NCBI GenBank assembly: GCA_964016885.1
Contig: OZ024740.1
Location: 10,788,001 to 10,852,000, forward strand
Origin: Eledone cirrhosa
Lineage: Eukaryota
Direction: 5' to 3'
DNA: 64,000 nucleotides
Of the stretch, positions 60,201 to 64,000 are shown piece after piece. Position numbers and translations under genes: made by a program. The number at the start of each line of letters is the position of its first letter. Within the stretch, counting starts at the first letter, position 1. Under the pieces are notes generated by a model. The model saw nothing but the letters and a program-made list of their open reading frames with translations, searched no databases and was not told the origin of the DNA.

Positions 60201-62611
60201 TAAATGTTCTTTCTACCTTTTAACTGATATTTTTACTTCTTGAAGTTTCTATACTATAAATTTTGCTGGATGTGTTGTATGTCTTTTCCAGACTGGTGTC
60301 AAGATATCTATCATGATATGGTAGTAGATATCATGTAGCTATAACGATAGATACATGTCAATGTTATTACCTTAAAGACTATAGAGATGATGTTGTTCTT
60401 TCTGTGTAGTGAGATTGATGATATCTGTCATTTTAAGACAGGCTCTGTGAAACATCATGTTATTATTATCTGATAAAGTTCTCTATGTCTGAGTCTGGAG
60501 TTCCAGATACCAGAAATTGAACATTTGGGGAATCGGTGCAGTATTTCAATGGAATTTCTATCTTCAACATCGTGGATTTCTGTTATTCTTACAAACATCA
60601 GACCAAAGAATATGGTGAAAGTTTGAGTGTTTCTTCACAGATATGTCTTTGTATGGATTTCCATTGAGAAGCCCTCATAGATTTCAAGGTTTTACCTGTC
60701 CCATCCATAGGGATTCTCATGCATCTGTATGATCCTTATAATGTATATGAAAGGAGCATGTTATATTTTCCATCATAGCCACAGACCACTGATAATTACA
60801 CCATTGAGCTCGTTATTAAAATCAACACACATAATATACATACCTTATTCAACTTGTTGGCAATTCTGTTGGAGTTGTCCTGAAATATATAACATAACGT
60901 TGCTAGTCCTGCTTTACTGAAATCACATTGATATTCAGTTGGTATTGTTCTGTAATTATAGGTCACTAGTATATATAGCAATAATCTGACAAGGATTTCT
61001 GCTGCAAAATATTCCACGATATTTATAGCAGCTGAAATCTACAAGTATGTCTGACATTTTAACTAAAATTTAGTAAAATTTACTTAATTTAGATTTAAAT
61101 GTTAAATAAGCAATATTTTACCTTAAAATATGTTTTTACATTTCAGGTAATCATCATCGCATACTTTCAAGTAAGCAGACTATTTCCTAATCCCACTTTG
61201 TTTTTTCTATATATTCTCTTTATGTAACTGTAAATATAGATATAATTAATCAACATTTAAATACAAATATTGTCTCATGTATAAACACTGGAAGTTAAAA
61301 TTGAACACTGTCATGGTTCAAAATGACAGACACCAAAGTATTTCAAAAACTTATTAATGTACTTATTCTTTTGTAATCAAATGGCATGATGGTTAGGGCA
61401 TAGTATACCACACAGCACACACTTATATGTAAGGTGATCGTCCATCTTGGAAAAGTACTTAGGACAACTACATTACTAACAACATCACTTTAATACTAGT
61501 GGTAACTGATTAGTGAAGGACTTCGTTGGTAATAACAATGGAGAAACTGATGCAATAGTTCAGGAAGATATAGGTAAGAGAGCAATAGGTAACATATGGC
61601 AGATAAACATTGATGAAACTGGTTATCACAACTGCTCTTTAAATGTTCTTTCTACATTTTAACTGATATTTTTACTTCTTGAAGTTTCTATACTATAAAC
61701 TTTGCTGGATGTGTTGTATGTCTTTTCCAGACTGGTGTCAAGATATCTATCATGATATGGTAGTAGATATCATGTAGCTGTAACGATAGATAAATGTCAA
61801 TGTTATTTCCTTAAAGACTATATAGAGATGATGTTGTTCTTTCTGTGTAGTGAGATTGATGATATCTGTCATTTTAAGACAGGCTCTGTGAAACATCATG
61901 TTATTATTATCTGATAAAGTTCTCTATGTCTAGGTGTGGAGTTCTAGATACCAGAAATTGAACATTTGGGGAATCGGTGCAGTATTTCAATGGAATTTCT
62001 ATCTTCAACATCGTGGATTTCTGTTATTCTTACAAACATCAGACCAACGAATATGGTGAAAGTTTGAGTGTTTCTTCACAGATATGTCTTTGTATGGATT
62101 TCCATTGAGAAGCCCTCTTAGAGTTCAAGGTTTTACCTGTCCCATCCATAGGGATTCTCATGCATCTGTATGATCCTTATAATGTATATGAAAGGAGCAT
62201 GTTATATTTTCCATCATGGCCACAGACCACTGATAATTACACCGTTGAGCTCGTTATTAAAATCAACACACATAATATACATACCTTATTCAACTTGTTG
62301 GCAATTCTGTTGGAGTTGTCCTGAAATATATAACATAACGTTGCTAGTCCTGCTTTACTGAAATCACATTGATATTCAGTTGGTATTGTTCTGTAATTAT
62401 AGGTCACTGGTATATATAGCAATAATCTGACAAGGATTTCTGCTGCAAAATATTCCACGATATTTATAGCAGCTGAAATCTACAAGTATGTCTGACATTT
62501 TAACTAAAATTTAGTAAAATTTACTTAATTTAGATTTAAATGTTAAATAAGCAATATTTTACCTTAAAATATGTTTTTACATTTCAGGTAATCATCATCG
62601 CGGACTTTCAA
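29154..62611 (+). CDS. ITIH: ITIH-like gene (inter-alpha-trypsin inhibitor heavy chain family; VIT + vWA + microexon-encoded linker), partial at both ends
   Basis: Seven conventional exons with GT-AG boundaries and concordant phases translate to VIT, vWA (DISGS, GTNI, LTDG) and [13 protein letters not shown], followed by 12 phase-1 microexons. Confidence 0.85.
29947..30989 (+). mobile_element. Non-autonomous Helitron-like element
   Basis: 5' TC...tatatataa with ctgt repeats; 3' hairpin ctagcagaaaaccgcc-ca-ccgggtggttttctgCTAG; internal tandem repeats at 30300-30450. Confidence 0.5.
30990..31888 (+). mobile_element. Second non-autonomous Helitron-like element abutting the first
   Basis: 5' TCtatatatataaaa...gtctgtctg; internal diverged repeats; 3' gtgcaacgccgggtaccactgttag. 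Confidence 0.5.
31900..32052 (+). mobile_element. tRNA-related SINE fragment
   Basis: gttcaaatcc...gaggtcaactttgcttttcatccattcgaggttgataaaa...gtaccag, related to the array SINE. Confidence 0.65.
32490..32748 (+). mobile_element. RTE-like LINE 3' tail ending in (GAT)n
   Basis: Reads [14 protein letters not shown]...VKKC...[10 protein letters not shown]; a related copy lies at 36570-36800. Confidence 0.7.
33996..34106 (+). CDS. ITIH: ITIH-like exon (VIT) [36 protein letters not shown]
   Basis: tacAG/GTAATA boundaries, phase 2 to 2; typical VIT pattern G.VKEK..A...F..A...G.SAG.V. Confidence 0.9.
34202..34452 (+). CDS. ITIH: ITIH-like exon [13 protein letters not shown]...LTYQELLTR...ISEPQDI...DDG
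   Basis: ttccAG/GTAAGG boundaries, phase 2 to 1; F.ISVNV and LTYQELL.R motifs. Confidence 0.9.
35603..36548. repeat. Intronic inverted repeat, ~410-bp arms, ~120-nt loop
   Basis: Mirror ORFs 35727-35954(-) and the end of 36002-36424(+); centre ~36075. Confidence 0.9.
37224..37807. repeat. Intronic loop-less palindrome, ~290-bp arms
   Basis: Centre ttgttttgaatatattcaaaacaa at ~37511; mirrored [16 protein letters not shown] ORFs. Confidence 0.85.
38392..38552 (+). CDS. ITIH: ITIH-like exon [53 protein letters not shown]
   Basis: ttttcAG/GTAAGA boundaries, phase 1 to 0; conserved YDVDR. Confidence 0.9.
38719..38907. repeat. 46-bp minisatellite x4
   Basis: gatgaggaggtactagtgtctacatgactcatctatgttcagtatg in tandem. 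Confidence 0.85.
39450..39738 (+). CDS. ITIH: ITIH-like exon (vWA start) [32 protein letters not shown]...KARG
   Basis: tttatAG/GTAAGT boundaries, phase 0 to 1; GYFVHFF and MIDAS DxSxS. Confidence 0.95.
40030..41985 (-). mobile_element. Decayed RTE-clade LINE RT region (intronic, antisense)
   Basis: [20 protein letters not shown]...[23 protein letters not shown] and FIDDMVLL; (CTT)n tail on the left; related fragment at 33120-33480. Confidence 0.8.
42263..42948 (+). CDS. ITIH: ITIH-like exon (vWA remainder) TNINSALL...[14 protein letters not shown]...LFTLGFG...[10 protein letters not shown]...INLALK
   Basis: ttttAG/GTGAGT boundaries, phase 1 to 0; hallmark ITIH motifs. Confidence 0.95.
43480..43830 (+). 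mobile_element. tRNA-derived SINE with 13-bp TSD
   Basis: A-box tggcttagtgg and core ttgtgttcttgagcaagacactttatttcac; flanks taccagtatatca (43467) and taccagcatatca (43831). Confidence 0.7.
44165..44237 (+). CDS. ITIH: ITIH-like exon [24 protein letters not shown]
   Basis: gacAG/GTAATT boundaries, phase 0 to 1; near-invariant ITIH motif [10 protein letters not shown]. Confidence 0.95.
44963..45298. repeat. Imperfect (AGT)n microsatellite
   Basis: Read directly; source of the poly-Ser and poly-Leu pseudo-ORFs. Confidence 0.95.
45490..46340 (+). mobile_element. CRE-like fragment, diverged copy of 27100-27970
   Basis: Direct similarity to that region; premature stops. Confidence 0.8.
46503..46526 (+). 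CDS. Microexon 1 (24 nt) VNRDIIPT
   Basis: tttacatttcAG / GTAAGC; phase 1 to 1, in frame with exon 44165-44237. Confidence 0.75.
47943..47966 (+). CDS. Microexon 2 (24 nt) SNHHRKLS
   Basis: tttcAG / GTAAGC, phase 1 to 1. Confidence 0.75.
49384..49407 (+). CDS. Microexon 3 (24 nt) SKHHRILS
   Basis: tttcAG / GTAAGC, phase 1 to 1. Confidence 0.75.
50823..50846 (+). CDS. Microexon 4 (24 nt) SNHHRIPT
   Basis: tttcAG / GTAAGC, phase 1 to 1. Confidence 0.75.
52264..52287 (+). CDS. Microexon 5 (24 nt) RKHHRILS
   Basis: tttcAG / GTAAGC; the first codon is C|GT if joined to exon 4. Confidence 0.75.
53702..53725 (+). CDS. Microexon 6 (24 nt) SKHHRILS
   Basis: tttcAG / GTAAGC, phase 1 to 1. Confidence 0.75.
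55141..55164 (+). CDS. Microexon 7 (24 nt) SNHHRIPT
   Basis: tttcAG / GTAAGC, phase 1 to 1. Confidence 0.75.
56582..56605 (+). CDS. Microexon 8 (24 nt) RKHHRILS
   Basis: tttcAG / GTAAGC, phase 1 to 1. Confidence 0.75.
58020..58043 (+). CDS. Microexon 9 (24 nt) SNHHRILS
   Basis: tttcAG / GTAAGC, phase 1 to 1. Confidence 0.75.
58692..58876 (+). mobile_element. 185-bp tRNA-related SINE in array unit 9, 17-bp TSD
   Basis: Flanked by gttatttccttaaagac (58675-58691) and gttatttccttaacgac (58877-58893); empty site in other units; B-box gagttcaaatcc. Confidence 0.92.
59710..59730 (+). CDS. Microexon 10 (21 nt) INRDIPT
   Basis: tttcAG / GTAAGC; same type as exon 1 with an in-frame 3-nt deletion. 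Confidence 0.75.
61147..61170 (+). CDS. Microexon 11 (24 nt) SNHHRILS
   Basis: tttcAG / GTAAGC, phase 1 to 1. Confidence 0.75.
62588..62611 (+). CDS. Microexon 12 (24 nt) SNHHRGLS
   Basis: tttcAG / GTAAGC, phase 1 to 1. Confidence 0.75.
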
Positions 62612-63259
62612 GTAAGCAGACTATTTCCTAATCCCACTTTGTTTTTTCTATATATTCTCTTTATGTAACTGTAAATATAGATATAATTAATCAACATTTA
62701 AATACAAATATTGTCTCATGTATAAACACTGGAAGTTAAAATTGAACACTGTCATGGTTCAAAATGACAGACACCAAAGTATTTCAAGAACTTATTAAAG
62801 TACTTATTCTTTTGTAATCAAATGGCATGATGGTTAGGGCATAGTATACCACACAGCACACACTTATATGTAAGGTGATCGTCCATCTTGGAAAAGTACT
62901 TAGGACAACTACATTACTAACAACATCACTTTAATACTAGTGGTAACTGATTAGTGAAGGACTTCGTTGGTAATAACAATGGAGAAACTGATGGAATAGT
63001 ACAGGAAGATATAGGTAAGAGAGCAATAGGTAACATATGGCAGATAAACATTGATGAAACTGGTTATCACAACTGCTCTTTAAATGTTCTTTCTACCTTT
63101 TAACTGATATTTTTACTTCTTGAAGTTTCTATACTATAAACGTTGCTGGATGTGTTGTATGTCTTTTCCAGACTGGTGTCAAGATATCTATCATGATGTG
63201 TTAGTAGATACCATGTAGCTGTAACGATAGATAAATGTCAATGTTATTTCCTTAAAGAC

Positions 63260-63444
63260 GGGCGGTGGATTGGCAGTATCGGTAGAGGGTCGGACACCAT
63301 GCTTTCTAGCATAGTTACGTCCCTTTACGATCTGAGTTCAAATCCCGCCGAGGTTGACTTTGCCTTTCATCCTTACGGGTTCGATAAAATAAAGTACCAG
63401 TAATGCACTGGGTAATTGCTGGCCTTGTGCCTAACGTAGAAACA
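63260..63444 (+). mobile_element. Same SINE at the homologous site in unit 12, perfect 17-bp TSD
   Basis: gttatttccttaaagac at 63243-63259 and 63445-63461. Confidence 0.92.
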
Positions 63445-64000
63445 GTTATTTCCTTAAAGACTATAGAGATGATGTTGTTCTTTCTGTGTAGTGAGATTGA
63501 TGATATCTGTCATTTTAAGACAGGCTCTGTGAAACATCATGTTATTATTATCTGATAAAGTTCTCTATGTCTGAGTCTGGAGTTCTAGATACCAGAAATT
63601 GGACATTTGGGGAATCGGTGCAGTATTTCAATGGAATTTCTATCTTCAACATCGTGGATTTCTGTTATTCTTACAAACATCAGACCAACGAATATGGTGA
63701 AAGTTTGAGTGTTTCTTCACAGATATGTCTTCGTATGGATTTCCATTGAGAAGCCCTCATAGAGTTCAAGGTTTTACCTGTCCCATCCATAGGGATTCTC
63801 CTGCATCTGTATGATCCTTATAATGTATATGAAAGGAGCATGTTATATTTTCCATCATGGCCACAGACCACTGATAATTACACCGTTGAGCTCGTTATTA
63901 AAATCAACACACATAATATACATACCTTATTCAACTTGTTGGCAATTCTGTTGGAGTTGTCCTGAAATATATAACATAACGTTGCTAGTCCTGCTTTACT

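Larger units (their letters stand above)
46400..64000 (+). repeat. Tandem array of ~1.44-kb exon-plus-intron units (at least 12 copies, runs off the window)
   Basis: Exon-start spacings 1440, 1441, 1439, 1441, 1438, 1439, 1441, 1438, 1690, 1437, 1441. Confidence 0.98.

Noticed and set aside
47281-63749. Recurring 60-73 aa ORFs (MSESGV..., MILIMY..., MEYFAA...) as a tandem gene family
   Set aside because: They overlap on both strands, the MSESGV frame is broken in several units, and the region matches a decayed antisense RT relic.
46400-64000. CRISPR-like array (constant repeat with variable 24-nt spacers) or rDNA/histone/snRNA repeat
   Set aside because: Eukaryotic context with no cas genes; the variable parts are homologous to each other and bounded by splice sites; no rRNA, histone or snRNA sequence recognised.

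Overview
AT-rich, microsatellite-laden eukaryotic genomic DNA. The SINE/Penelope repertoire suggests an octopus-like cephalopod, which is an inference. Roughly 1-28 kb is a transposon graveyard: Penelope-like RT/GIY-YIG pieces (often fold-backs), a decayed Gypsy element, CRE-like RLE non-LTR fragments, a 2.26-kb non-autonomous LTR element with a target-site duplication (TSD), and CR1/RTE fragments. From 29154 a multi-exon + strand gene can be assembled by hand with matching splice phases. It encodes an inter-alpha-trypsin inhibitor heavy chain (ITIH)-like protein with VIT and vWA domains, an intact MIDAS, and the [13 protein letters not shown] motif. Directly after that motif, 46.4-64 kb is a tandem array of ~1.44-kb units. 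Each unit carries one frame-preserving, phase-1, 24-nt (once 21-nt) microexon between a canonical tttcAG and GTAAGC. Twelve are visible, predicting a modular His/Arg-rich linker ([40 protein letters not shown]-...) that the ORF track cannot show. The gene's start exon was not found, and its 3' end lies beyond the window.
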